Assembly: GCA_043228905.1 (NCBI GenBank)
Contig: JBHGNT010000003.1
Location: forward strand, 15,376,001-15,440,000
Direction of reading: 5' to 3'
Source: Azolla caroliniana
Taxonomy: Eukaryota > Plantae > Polypodiophyta
Length of the DNA: 64,000 nucleotides
The notes beneath the pieces were generated by a model that was given only the letters and a program-made list of their open reading frames with translations, made no database searches and was not told the DNA's origin. Shown piece after piece: positions 22,435 through 35,260 of this stretch. Made by a program: the position numbers and the translations under genes. The first letter of the stretch is position 1. Each line of letters begins with the position of its first letter.

Positions 22435-25400
22435 ATGACTAGGCCAACAAACGACCCGGTTACAGAGAGAGCACGAAGACTTGCTGAACGGAGACGGCGG
22501 CGAGAGGCTTTCCAGCAAGCAGCGGAAGAAATCCGAATGGATCGATCATTTTCCAAAGTGATCTGGAAAAAGGCGGAGGAATCGCTCCTTCTACAACAAA
22601 ACGCCTACCCGGACGAAGGAAGCAGCTTAAGCAGCCTCCGGGAAGCGGAAACCCTTCTCCAGGCCTTGGTCGGAAGAGACGGCGAATCCGAAGCATTTTC
22701 AGCGCTACAATCGGATTCAGAAGGGGGTTACAGCGCGCATACGAACTATCGCAGCAGTAACGACACCCTAGGAGGACCGGAGGACGAGGAGTCGGATACC
22801 TTACCGACACCGGAACCAAAGTTGGCAGACCGGGAACCTCCGGCACTTGTCGTGGAGCAACCTCCGGAGACGGAAGTGCACCAGCAAAAACCTCCAACAC
22901 CGGAAGTCGAGCCGGCAACACGAAAGGAAGACTGGCAAAGACCTCAAACGCCGACGGAAAAGCAGGAAAGACCACCGACACTGCCAGCCCGCGTACCGAC
23001 ATCGGACGACGACATGTCGTTCCAGTACTCCAAGTATCGGGATGACCCACACGCGGAGGCTCATGTTCACACGTTTGAACAAACATGGGAAGTGAACCAT
23101 GTGTCACAACGGTTAACCACACAGAAGAGGAACGATCTAAGATAGCCGAATTCGGCGTGACATTAGAAGGACCGGCTGCCAGATGGCACCGGACGCAGGA
23201 TCGCAGCACCATCACCACCTTTGCGGACCTGAAAGACAAATTCTTGCACTTCTTCCAGAAGGAGGTGGATCAGCGAGAAATGGTGGGCTTATTTTATACA
23301 ATTCGGCAGGACCCTGGGGAGAGCATCCCATAGTTTGTCATCCGGTTTCAACGGATGCACAGTCAGCTTACCCGTGCACCCCCGGAGGAAGAAACGCAAG
23401 CTATATTTTTAGTCGTGCTCCAGGAACCTCTACGAACGGTATGCACGGTCATCGACTTTCGCACAATCACCGTCAACCAGGTCATCGACCGGTTAGAGAA
23501 ATGGAGAAAACGAGCTCTTGGCTAACAATGGGAGCCCTCCAACGAGCATTACCAACCGATGAGGATCTCCGTTTCCGGCAAGCAATCCAATGCACGACCT
23601 GCTTGAATTCCGGACACTCGTCACTGGAGTGCACCATACGGACGCACTGCTTACTCTGCCAATCTACAAGCCACACGATGGACCGGTGTGAATATAACTT
23701 ATTGAATCGGCAAGCCACACTAGTCCAGCAAATCGAGCCACGTAGCACCCGAGACGAAGAAGACGAATGTTGGCGACAAGAGGAGCGATATCGACCGGCA
23801 CAAGATGTCCGGTACGACAATCGGTGAGACAACTATGACCGGTACAAGAGATATGACAAGTACCGAGATTACAATGGACGGTACGAGCATCACAATTGGG
23901 ATCACTCCCCCGGGTATCACTGACGACGGGAAGATTACAGGAGGTATGACGACCAACCCCAGCAAGGGTACTGCAACAAAAAGAACTTTAATAAAAAACG
24001 GTATTTCAAAAACAGGAGCCACCCACGTGAACCGGAAAAAGGCGCCTCAAGCAGCCAACCAGACCAGAGCCCCGCGGTTACCACAAGTCCTCCACCGGGT
24101 ACAGGAAACCATGCTGAATCCAGCAACACCCGGAAAGCATATTGCTATTACTGCTGGCAAGAAGGACATTATAGTAATCAATGTCCGGCAAAAAGCTATG
24201 ATAAGCGACCGGCAGTAAACATGGTAGTCGCCGAAGTCGCAGACCTCCAGCAGGTCACCACAAGGTCGAAGGGCAAGACGACGGAATGGGTGAAAAAGGC
24301 AAACGAGCGAAACGTAGCAGAACTCGCGCAGCAAAAGGAGAACACCGAGGAGCTCACCGGCGGCAGTCAGTCCGAAAACACGACATGGCAGGCATTGCAG
24401 GAATGCCAGATCATGCTGCCGTTAGGACGACTCTTGCAGCTAGTACCAAGATTCATAGAAGGACTCAAGCTCGGCATGACGACAGGCGGCACACCACTGG
24501 CTCCGGCATTCTTCTCAAATCCGGAGGAAGGACCGGCCTAGGTGGACACCAACAGTCTGGCAATTACGGCCATTGTGAAAGGGAAAGAACTCCCCGACAC
24601 GATAATAGACGGAGGCTCCGGCGTTAATGTAATCAGCCTCCAGACGTGCGATGCTCTTGGAATCCAAGAGTGGGAGCCATGTCCGTTTTGGCTCCGAATG
24701 GCGGACACAAGCTCGGTGCGACTAACAAGATTAATACAGAACTTGGAAGTAACCATCGGGGGCCACACATTCTGAATCTCAGCCGTAGTTCTCTAGTTGC
24801 AGGCTCAAGGAGCGTACCCATTATTGTTGGGACGCCCTTGGTTAAAGACGGCACATATCAAGTAGAACTGGAGGAGGAATATGATTACGTTTCGGCGGGG
24901 AAAAGCGAAGGTACGGGTACCAACACAACCAAGGAAGGGCACCGGCAAGGATCGGACACCGTTATATGTGGAGTGTGTCAATATGCTGGAAGGATTAGCA
25001 GACGAATATTGTACCCGAAGATTATACCCCTATTCGAAATTGACGTCGCCGAAGCGGTATCACCCTACTTACTGCAACCGGACGGAACCGAAGCGGAACC
25101 GGATAAAGAAGCAATCCGGGAGTTACGGCATGCGCAGGAGGCGTTGGAAAGGGAAATGGTCGTATCCCAGCGCGTAAAAGCGTCCCAATTATAAGAGGTA
25201 AATCTAGGAACGACAGAGGAGGCAAAACCGGTGCACATCGCCAAAGAAATGAATGTAGAGAACAAAACGGCAATAATTACACTCCTCAACGAGTTTCACG
25301 ACGTATTTGCCTGGTCTTACGAGGATATGAGAGGCCTGGATCCTCAGTTGTATCAGCACCAGATACATCTGAGCAAAGACGCCAAGCCGGTAGCACAGTG

Positions 25401-28209
25401 TCGGTACCGGATGAACCCAAACTACGCCGCCAAAGTCAAGGAGGAGATTGACAAATTGTTGAGGGTTGGCTTCATCCGTCCCGTAAAGAAATCTACATGG
25501 TTGAGCCCGATCGTAGTTGTACAGAAAAAGAACGGCAAAATTAGAGTTTGTGTCGACTACCGGAAGCTCAATGCGGCAACGGTAACAGATGCATTTCCAC
25601 TCCCGTTTACGGATGGAGTTTTGGATGCCGTCGCTGGCCATGAAGTCTACAATTTCTTAGACGGATTCATCGGGTATAATCAGATCCGGATGCACCATAA
25701 GGATCAAGAGAAAACAGCTTTCGTCACCGAATGGGGAGTGTTTGTTGCGGTGGTGATGATGTTCGGGTTGAAAACGACACCAGCAACATTTCAACGGATC
25801 ATCATGGAGATCTTTGGCGAATACATATTGGCTTTTATGTAGGTGTTCCTTGACGACTTCGTCGTCTATAACAGAGAAGAAGATCATTTGCAGCATCTCA
25901 GACTATGTCTAGAGAAGTGTAGGGCGTACCGGCTAAGCTTTAATCCGGCGAAGTGTGTATTTGGAGTGTCCAGCGGAACGCTACTAGGGCATATAGTGAG
26001 CAAGGAAGGCATTGTCGTAGATCCGGACAAATTGAAAGCAATCCTAGAAGCACCGGCACCGGCAACGGCAAAGGCATTGAGTCGTTTCCTAGGACAAATC
26101 CGTTGGCATAGCCATATGCTCCGATATTTGGTAGACCTGGCTACACCTCTGCATGCAGTGGTACATCGAACACCGTTCCAATGGACCGACATCGAAGACA
26201 AGGCGTACCAGGCACTAAAGGTGTTATTATCACAAGCACCGGTAGTGCAGCCTCCGGATTGGAGTAAAGAGTTTCATGTGTTCGTGGACGCCTCCGATAT
26301 CGCAATCGGCAGCACGCTCATGCAGCTTCCCGAGCCAAGGTGGTACCGGCCAGTGTACTATGCCAACCGGAAGCTATCCCAAGCGGAACGAAATTATTCT
26401 ACCACGGAAAGGGAAGCTTTAGGAATGATCTACAGTGTAACAAAATTCAGGCATTATTTATTGGGAAGAAAGTTCTCCTTCCATGTGGATCATTCGGCAC
26501 TCCTCTACCTAGTATCCAAAGCGTCACTTACCGGTAAGTTGGCCCGGTGGACTTTGTTGTTACAAGAGTTCGAATTCGAGATATTCCACCGACCCGGCAT
26601 ACAGCATGCGGTAGCAGATTATCTAAGACGGTTAGATTCCAGGGAGACAGGTGACGAAGTACCGGACGAGTTTCCGGATGCAGAGCTTTTTCGAGTCACC
26701 ACGAAAACGGCAACAAATGAAACAGTGGTACAAGAAGATAAGTGGCTAACTAATATGCACTAGTTTCTAAGTACCGGATTGCCTCCAGAGGAGATGAACC
26801 AAGACGAGAGGAAACGCCTGGCGGTACAGAGCCGGCACTTCTGTTTATTACAGGACACGCTATACCACAAAGGTGCGGATGGTATCTGGCGACGAGCGGT
26901 GCGCAGCGACGAGAAGGAGGTAATACTACGGGAGGCACACTGCAGAGTCGCCAGAGGCCATTATGCTAGAGATGCGATGGCAAGGAAAGTATGGCAAAGT
27001 GGCCTATGGTGGCCGACCACATTGAAAGATGCAATCCGGTATTCAAAGGAGTGTGATCTATGCCAACGAATGGGTCAGCCAACGGAACAAGCTCGGATGC
27101 CACACCAGCCAGTCCTACCACTAGAACCATTCCAGAAATGGGGCCTGGATTTTGTCGGGCCATTTAAACCACTGGCAATGAGAATCGGCAACCAGTACGT
27201 GATCGTCGCGACGGATTACTGCACTAAGTGGGTGGAAGCGAAAGCCCTACGAGACAACACCGCGGCGTCAATGGCAAAATTCTTATACGAATGCATTTGG
27301 TGCCGGTACGGATGGCCCATAGAGCTAATAAGCGACCAAGGAGGGCACTTTCTTGGATAGGTGGTAGAAAGTTTGACGGCGTTCTATGCGGTAGTACATA
27401 AACGAAGCACACCGTACTATCCGCAAGCAAATGGGTTAGCTGAGTCGACGAACAAAACGCTCCAGAATATCCTCCGGAAGATCGTCAATGAAAATCGGAC
27501 AGATTAGGACACGAAGCTGCACAATGCGCTCTGGGCTTACCGGACAGCGTACAAAACAAGCATCCGAACAACACCGTTCTGGTTAGCATTCGGATTAGAG
27601 GCAGTCATGCCGGTCGAGTTCCAGGTACCAAGCTTACGGATTCAGATTCGGGAACGATTGAACGAAAAGGAATTGGAGGCAATTCGGTTAAAGGCTCTGT
27701 GTGAACTAGAAGAACACCGATTGGCGAGCATTATGCACCTGGAATTGGAACAACGGAGACGGAAAGCATTTGTAGATCGGCACCGGAAGGGAAACGAAAA
27801 GATGTTCGGAACCGGCAAACCGGTACTCGTGTTCTAGACCCGAATGGGCAAAATGCCATGTAAACTACGGTTTAGATGGACCGGACCGTACTGGATCACA
27901 CGCGAGTTCAATGGGTCCTACCAGTTGGGGACACTTGCCGGAGAAGTGTTGGGCAAATGGGTCAATGGATTTAGACTAAAACCATACAAAGGACCTATGC
28001 CTAAGAACCCATTTGAACGAAGGGCCGCCACCGAATCAGATGCCGGCAGGCCAACCATAACGGCAACCGGTGAAGACGACGGCTACCACCAAGCCAATAA
28101 GGAGGAGCATGAGCCGGCAACCGAGGAGAGCAAAACGACGGCAAACCGTCAAGAGGCCAGCAAGTTGCATGTTTCGGGTAAAGGTCCGACAGGACCGGAG
28201 AAAAATTAA
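22435..28209 (+). pseudogene. gypsy-R gag-pol with multiple stops and frameshifts
   Basis: CYYC..GHYSNQC; IIDGGSGVN; YRMNP..VCVDYRKLN; FLDD; VDAS..YSTTERE; WGLDFVGP; SDQG; RWTGPY. Confidence 0.93.
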
Positions 28210-28631
28210 CCACACAAGTAATTAAAAATAATAAATAAATAAATAAAAAGAAGAAGAATAAAGGAGCGAATCAAATAAATTATGGAAAGGAGTGGTGGAA
28301 ATGGCCATGCACACGGGGAGTAAAGAGGGACGTCGAAAAGGTACGAGGAGCTATGAATAGGACATTAAACCACCGCCACATGGCACGCAATGCTATTATA
28401 GTACACGACCTGCACATGCGGAGGCTCGAAAAAGGCGCCAAGATGCAGAGAGAAAAACCCCCACGCATCGAGACCTTCTCCTATCGCGAACCAAGGAGAA
28501 CAGACGCAAAGCGACACATGAAGATCAATCGTAGAGAGCTCGCACACAGAGAACCCCCTCCCTTAGAACTTTCTCTCTCACACTCTCCCCACCATCAAAC
28601 TTCGCCAACGCTCTTTGACCTCGACGCAGAG

Positions 28632-31337
28632 ATGGACTACCAAACGCTGTCTGAAGCCGCCAAGAAATGGTTACGGCAGCACGGTCTGGAGGGTTTCTTA
28701 ACGATCATGGAGGCGGCGCCACACAAGGAGGCCAAAAAGATTATAAAAGAAATCGACATAGAGGTGATCACGGAGGAGGCGATTCGTGCGTTAATAGGCC
28801 TTCCGGAGGGAGGCATCTACACGATCGACAATCCTACCTCCGAGCAACTCATCAAATACTTTGGTGAGTACTCTCTAGCCAGCAAGGGCTACAGGACACA
28901 GGGCGGCGAAGATATGCTATTCCGCGAAATTGCACGGGTGCTCCATGAGTTCGGCCATGTGTACCCTCGACCCCCCGTCATGCCTCAGAACCGAGCAAGC
29001 TTGATCATCGCAACGTACGAAGGGGTCAAGGTAGATTGGCCGGTGCTGATCGCCGACAGGCTGTGTACGGTGATTGATATAGTAAGAGGAAAGGACGGCA
29101 AGGAAGGCCGGAAAATATGGCATGCGGTGACACAATGGCTCACCCTGTTGGCGCCACTAGTCGAGCCCATCCAAACCAAGAAGCGGGGAAGAGCAACGGA
29201 CGGCACCCCGAAACCTGCTTCAAAACGGCAACAAATGTTGGCCTCCAAGGCCACTAAGGGGAAGACTGCCGACGCAAAGAAGGCGGCGAAGGAGCGCGCC
29301 AGCCGGAAGCGGCCGACGGATCCAAGTGAGGAGACACCGGCACGGCCCCTGAAGAGCCCACTCCACCGACCTGTGCAACAGGAAACGGACACCCTGGTGG
29401 CAAGAATGAATGTCGGGATTCAGGCGGAAGAAATGGAGGAAGAACCCACGGAGCACCTCCAGCGGCAGCCAGTGAAGAGCACCGCTGAATCAGCCGGGAA
29501 GCATTCGGACACACAGAAGGATGGAATGCCCGCAACTCACGTTGAGCATCCCACGCCAAGGGAGGTACCAGAAGTTCCTACACAATAGGCAGCACCGGCA
29601 AGCCCCGTAACTCAAGAGCCGGATATACAAAGGCCAACCTTCCCAGCCGGCCAAGAACAAGCAGACAAAGGGCAACTAGCCGAAACACACTCAGAGCCGG
29701 AACGGCAAAGTGGTCAGCTGGCAGAACCAGAAGCGCAGCTCAACGCAGTAAGGCGGGACCAGCCACCAGCGAGTGAACCCATCAGCCAACTCTCCGTGCA
29801 AGCACAACAACAGTGCACCAGCAGCCAATGGATCCGGTGGATAGGAGACCAAATTGCCGGAGTAGTCTGCTGCATAGAGGCGAAGGAAAGAGCACAAACA
29901 AAACGGTTGCTCGTCACAACCGATGAACTAGAGACAGCCCGGTCAAGGATCCGGTGCCTCGAACAAGACTTGGATCGGATCACAGGAGATATGGCCAAAA
30001 TGGCCTTAACCGCAACGCAAATCCAAGCACCAGTGACTCTGGTTAATGTACAGAGGAATAAGACCTCGGAGACACAAACTATCCCGGAGAAAGATGCGGC
30101 GCAAGCCCAAGAGCTTGCGGAATTACGAGATGAGCTCGCTGCACAAAACGCATTACGGAGCCGCAAACGCGACTTGAAGAAGGCGGCCGAAGAAGAATTA
30201 AAAAAGACTGTTGAGAACCTTCGCCAGGCAGAGGAAAACCTGCGTAAAGGACATCATGCTTATGACCGGCTGAAGGAGGAAAAAGACAAGTTGCGACGGA
30301 TGGCGGAAACGGAAATTGAGAAGCTGAAGGAAGAGCTCCAACAACAAAACGACCAGGAGGACCGCGCGCGTCGGCAGATCAACCAAAGGCTGAAGCAGAA
30401 GACAGATGATTTCGATCATCTGCATCGGGACTACAAGCAGCTGGAGACAGAGCATAAGCAACAACAGGAACGGATGGCCGAGCTCCGGCAAGAAGTTGAT
30501 AGGGCCACAACGGCACTCGCCGAAGAACGAGCGGAAAGTTCCAGGCTATTGGAGAAAGCGGCAAATGACCGGATGGAGCTCCACAAACAGAACCATGAAG
30601 ACAAGGAAAGAGCGACAATGGTATTACAGAGGTTGCAAACAACCTATCAAAATCAATTGTCGCATTATAGGGAGCAGGAGGCGGACACGGTTCGGATCAT
30701 CAAGTAATTGAAGGAAGAGCGACAAGCCGCAGAAAATAAATCATAGATGGGAGCCGAACGGATCCAGTGCATTCTTCGGTCATGGCTCACTAAGACCAAA
30801 AGCTTGGTTGACGATAGCTCGGTGCGTTGGTGGGCGAAATGGGCGCAGAACACGGCGGAACTCCAATTGCTTAGGGCGGACATGGAAAATCGACGAAAGG
30901 AGGGCGACAACTATTATACGCTGACCTCGCAGGACTTCACTGCCATAAGGGATGAGCTGGCGGAAGATTTCACAGCCCTGGCGGATGAACAATTGGTGCA
31001 AGTCTAGCAGCTCGTAGCTCAACTGGACGACGATCAGCTGGAGGCTCAAATCCAGTTCGAAAGCTATGAGCAGTCCTGGCTCCGAGAAGAAAAAGCGCAA
31101 AAGGCGGCAACGGTCAACCTTAGTGATGAGGAACCGTCGCCGGTGCAAGGACAGGAGGGGGAACAAGATGGGGTCAATCAACCACAGACAACCCCGACGG
31201 AGGAACCAACGAAGGAAACGCCGGTACCAAAGCGACAAACGGAGCCACAGCCACAAACGGAACAACAACAACAGATTCCCGACGAGCCATTGGAAATTTT
31301 GGAGCAAAGCATTCTGAACATTTTGGACGAAGCGTAA
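28632..31337 (+). pseudogene. gypsy-R extra ORF (~900 codons): globular N-terminus, disordered linker, long coiled coil
   Basis: ORFs at 28353, 29796, 30747 and 31143 share one frame, broken only by in-frame stops. Confidence 0.75.
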
Positions 31338-31350
31338 AAGGGCCAGATAA

Positions 31351-31389
31351 TGGGTTCGACGTACAAGGTACTGTCCCACGGGCGTGCCA
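31351..31389 (+). other. tRNA-3'-end-like motif / inverted PBS at the PPT position
   Basis: TGGGTTCGAC-GTACAAGGTAC-TGTCCCACGGGCGTGCCA, 2 nt before the 3' LTR. Confidence 0.75.
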
Positions 31390-32109
31390 TGTGTTATCGG
31401 CCGGCAAGAAGACTTAAGGAGGTCCAAACTAGAGCGTGAAAGGAATAGTTATTCGGGAACTGTTGTAATTAGTAGTCTTAATATATATGTTAATATATAA
31501 GAAGATGTGGACAGACGGACCGGAATCGGTATGCCGATCCGGATCCGGAACGATCCCGTAAAGGTGCCGGTTGGCACCGTTTTGTATTTCGCACCGGAGA
31601 CCTATATAAAGGCCCGGTTACAATGTAATCAGGAGCGGATAATTAATAAAGCTAATTGTCTTAATCTTCTAGTGTTGATTACCGTTCTGTATTCATTGTT
31701 ATATCTTACGCGTGTTAATTACGGATTGCTAAGTAACCAATTAAGGTCTAATTAAGCGTTGTGTCGTAAATCATTCTATCGTACCACCCTTTGGTAAAGT
31801 GTCTTAAGGGGACACCCTGTGTTAGGCTATTGTCCGTCCCTAGCAATAACATGCCATGGGTTTTTGCAGTGCCCACAAGAGGACTTCATTCGGTGACTTT
31901 TCACAGTCGCCCTCCAAACGATCAGAATGAGGTAAAGCTTAGAAATACGTTTTATACTCGATTAAATTTCCGTGCTCCTAGTTGGGTAGACGTCAGACCC
32001 TCACTGGCCGGATCACCCAACAGAACTTGTTAACAATCCATTGGGCTACTTTAGAGAAAATGAATTTATTTAGGAGGAGGCGAAGGACGCACAAAAGGAG
32101 GTAGACGAT

Positions 32110-32283
32110 CACTTCTCCTCAGTAGAAGCTTGACTCTATCTTTGAGCGCGGTAGAATGAAGACGTGTAGGAGTCAAAGTCTCTAGGATTATTGCATGTAA
32201 ATCTGTCCACAAACCTATGTAAACTGGGTTAAAAGCAATGGATAGCCTAGTCCCTATGGGTCGTGGTCAACGGGAACTGATAA
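32110..32283 (+). pseudogene. atp1: NUMT: second atp1 intron-end/exon fragment
   Basis: Diverged parallel of ~21498-21670; exon starts at 32140. Confidence 0.92.
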
Positions 32284-32284
32284 A

Positions 32285-32378
32285 CAAAAAAGATTAATCA
32301 AGAAATTAGTCCACTTTTGTAAGATGGATGGTAAAAGAACAAAATCTCGTGTTATTGTTTCCTAAACTTCTTCTCGTC
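32285..32378 (+). pseudogene. rps7: NUMT: rps7 fragment
   Basis: [25 protein letters not shown], like plant mitochondrial Rps7 LIKKLVNF..DGKRT. Confidence 0.75.
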
Positions 32379-32532
32379 TTTTGGGCGAGAGCAAGTGTGG
32401 ATCCTAATAAAGTTGTTATTCCACCTATCCAGGATATAACATTCATACTCAAGGGTAGTAATTGAAAGAGATCAAAGATTCGAGCTATAAGAAAAATCCC
32501 CACCGCTACCATAGTAGCGGCATGGATCTGAC
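32376..32532 (-). pseudogene. ndhF: NUPT: ndhF fragment
   Basis: [41 protein letters not shown]. Confidence 0.9.
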
Positions 32533-32697
32533 TTTCGTGCGTGCCCCAAAACAAAAGGAGAGAAGAATATTACAAACCAACTAGGGAGAGCAAATTGAAC
32601 AAGCAAATACACAACTTGCAGCGGAGTGATAGCAAAACACTATGTGGGCCCATCGGTGACCTGCTGAGGCCGGCCCAACTGTCACTCTTCTTCGTCG

Positions 32698-32756
32698 TCG
32701 AACCTACGACATCGGGTTTTGGAGACCCGCGTTCTACCTAACTGAACTAAAGGCGC
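32698..32756 (-). pseudogene. trnW: Organellar (plastid-type) trnW-CCA fragment
   Basis: rc GCGCCTTTAGTTCAGTTAGGTAGAACGCGGGTCTCCAAAACCCGATGTCGTAGGTTCGA. Confidence 0.85.
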
Positions 32757-32819
32757 ATCTCCACCACTGACTGGAGTTTTGCTTTGGGAGAGTAAGGGTG
32801 GCGGGACGACAAAGTCATG

Positions 32820-33066
32820 GCTAAAATCTTTGGAATCATCATATTACTTTTACCAGGAGTAGTCTTTCCAGTGTCAGTCGAACGTAAAGTCATGGCTTCC
32901 ATGTAACGTTGAACGGGTCTTAATGTGGTGGGATCATTTGGGTTGTTATAACTCTTAGCGGATGGTTTGAAATCAATTTTAAAAGAACCTATTCCACCTC
33001 CAAGTGCTAATTTCTTTCTTTCTGTAATGGTTCTAGTAATTACATCTACGGTGCGTCGTGCGAGGC
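32820..33066 (+). pseudogene. nad1: NUMT: nad1 codons ~10-86, unedited, plus group II intron start GTGCG at 33051 (nad1i258g2 position)
   Basis: AKIFGIII..ERKVMASM*R*TGLNVVGSFGLL*LLADGLKSILKEP; intron falls after codon 86. Confidence 0.92.
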
Positions 33067-33371
33067 TCATTTTCTTTCCGAAAGAATACCCTTCTACAAC
33101 CAACAAAGATGTTTGACTTGGAAGCATATACGGCGGGCCAATACAACATCTTGGGCTAATAATCCATCGAGTTTGCAAGCAGTTAGTCGGAACGGATCAA
33201 GTACATATTTTTTTTCACTATAAGGGTCGGCGTAGTCTCCTCCAGGGCGTAGCCAGGAACCACTCTAACGGGCCTCCCCACGAGACCTTCTCTTCTAACC
33301 ACTTTCAACCTTCATTCACTTTTGAAAGGTTTGCTTGTTCTCGTAAATCTCCAACAAAAGTCATCACAAAC

Positions 33372-33432
33372 GAGCCACATGCGGGGAAACTTGCACATGT
33401 GGTTCTGACCAGAGAGGGAAGACCTACCCCAT
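33372..33432 (+). other. Organellar group II intron domain V-VI fragment
   Basis: GAGCCACATGCGGGGAAACTTGCACATGTGGTTC...CTACCCCAT. Confidence 0.85.
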
Positions 33433-35040
33433 CGGTTTCTAATAACCATCGTACCAGTCGCCACTAACGCACCCATAATGTTTACTAATCTACCATATAA
33501 TAATGGTATGAAAAACAATTTGACATATTTTCGCGAAATATTGCTACCGGAGACCCGAACACCAACAGACGTGAGAGACAAGAAGAAAAACAGAGCCACG
33601 TCAACACATCCGAACAAGTCGGAACAAGCGGCGACGGTGGCAGAGTAAAAAAGGACAGAGCCGTGTGAAACGAGAAGACGAAGACCCGGACATGGTACGA
33701 CGTGGTGAAAGACCTGGAGGTTGAAGACGAATTGGAGACACCCAATTCGAACAAGATCTAGAACGAATCAGAGGCAACTGATTCGAAGGAGCCAAATCAA
33801 CAGAAGGCCAACGAACGAGGAAGCAACGTTGTCGCGGAATTTCGTAGGTACGTGTAGGATCTTAGGCGGGACCGCGGGGGTCTTGGACTAGGGAGTAGAG
33901 GGGGAATGGGAGCTTAACCTTCGACCTTTGAGCTCAAGAGGAAAGGAGAAGAATAAGAGGTTAGCATGGTAGAGAAAATAGAGACAAGATACATCAACAA
34001 ACTATATTAAGAATCCATTATACGATTACAACCATGGCCGCGTAGGCCAAATCAAAACCTTAAAAGAAACCCTAACCGGATAGGTAAAGAAGAAGAAGAA
34101 TGAAACCCTATGCGAAACCCTCAAAATGACGACTCCCCAAAGAAAACCCCCAAAAGTGGAAGCCCCTCAAAAGTGACCCCTTGCTCCCTTTTATAGTAGT
34201 AAGGGGTGAGGCACATTACATAAAGAGGAGTCAAATCCCTTTTCCTTTAATGGGGAATATCTCCCATTATCTTAAATCGGTGGGCCTTTAACTCTCTCCC
34301 CTCACGCTTTCAATTCCATTGCCAATCATATTTGTACCCCCACGTACTCCCCTTTCTTATGTGCCCATGTGCACACAAGCCCACATCATCATATTTACAC
34401 TCAACGAATTTTCGTAGAACACCTTACACTTTACATTTGATTATTTATTCCTAGGTTACGAATTTAATAAGTATATGTGCTATGTTGCACATCTCATTTT
34501 TTTCGTTCCGCCCAGGTTTTCCCACCATGGCCGAAAATCCTCACGACATCCACCCCCACCAAACCGACATCCACCGGTATGTGCCAAGAAATGAGAAGTG
34601 GTGAGATTTTCGGCAAAGGTGACCAACCAAGTTCCGTAGCGTCCTCCTTGGCCTTGCCCGACCTGGTCTTCCATTTTGAGCATGCAGTCCTTTCCACACA
34701 AACCACCGTAGCCTCACGATCCACCGTATTCGCCACGCCTTCCCGAACCGTCGGCTCCATCCGATCCGCCATACCCGACGCTCGTGCCTTCCTCCCCGGT
34801 CGGTCATAGTAGACCTCTCGGACTATGTCCCAGATCCGATCGCTCTTCCTTCGTCCACCGTGCATGTCCTCTGTTTCCCTAGGCACATTCCTCCGCTCAC
34901 GCCGATCATCCGTCGATCCCAGCACCTCACCGCTCCGTCTTCCGTCTCGTACTTGCCTCTCACAGGTGTTGGGAGACAGGTCCCTCCGGATGGGAAGGGA
35001 GAAGAACAGTGTCGATGAACAAACTAGGCCGAGGCCGAAA

Positions 35041-35260
35041 CCGGATGAGGAGTACCCAGCTATGGAGAGCCGGATGGTGCAGACCCGGTATGAACCGGAT
35101 GAGGAGTACCCGGCTACGGAGAGTCGGATGGTGTAGACCCGGTATGAACCGGATGAGGAGTACCCGGCTACGGAGAGCCGGATGGTGCAGACCCGGTATG
35201 AACCGGATGAGGAGTACCCGGCTACGGAGAACCGGATGGTACAGACCCGGTGAGAACCGG
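35041..35260 (+). repeat. 4 x 54-bp tandem repeat in the copia-C LTR (also at ~39042-39260 and ~49273-49495)
   Basis: CCGGATGAGGAGTACCCGGCTACGGAGAGCCGGATGGTGCAGACCCGGTATGAA. Confidence 0.95.

Larger units (their letters stand above)
21930..31851 (+). mobile_element. Full-length non-chromovirus Ty3/gypsy (gypsy-R), Arg-type PBS, extra 3' ORF, degenerate
   Basis: 460-bp LTRs at 21930-22389 and 31392-31851; PBS TGGCGACCAC at 22397; TSD TGCTG/TGCCA (CpG decay of TGCCG); gag-PR-RT-RH-IN. Confidence 0.95.

Noticed and set aside
21930-31851. Inverted PBS explained by the element simply being on the minus strand
   Set aside because: gag-pol and the extra ORF are on +, a PBS follows the left LTR, and neither end has a PPT
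35041-35260. 54-bp repeats as a CRISPR-like array, ribozyme array or repeat protein (PDEEYPATESRMVQTRYE)
   Set aside because: No unique spacers and no CTGANGA/GAAA core; they lie within copia LTRs, and one copy has a stop
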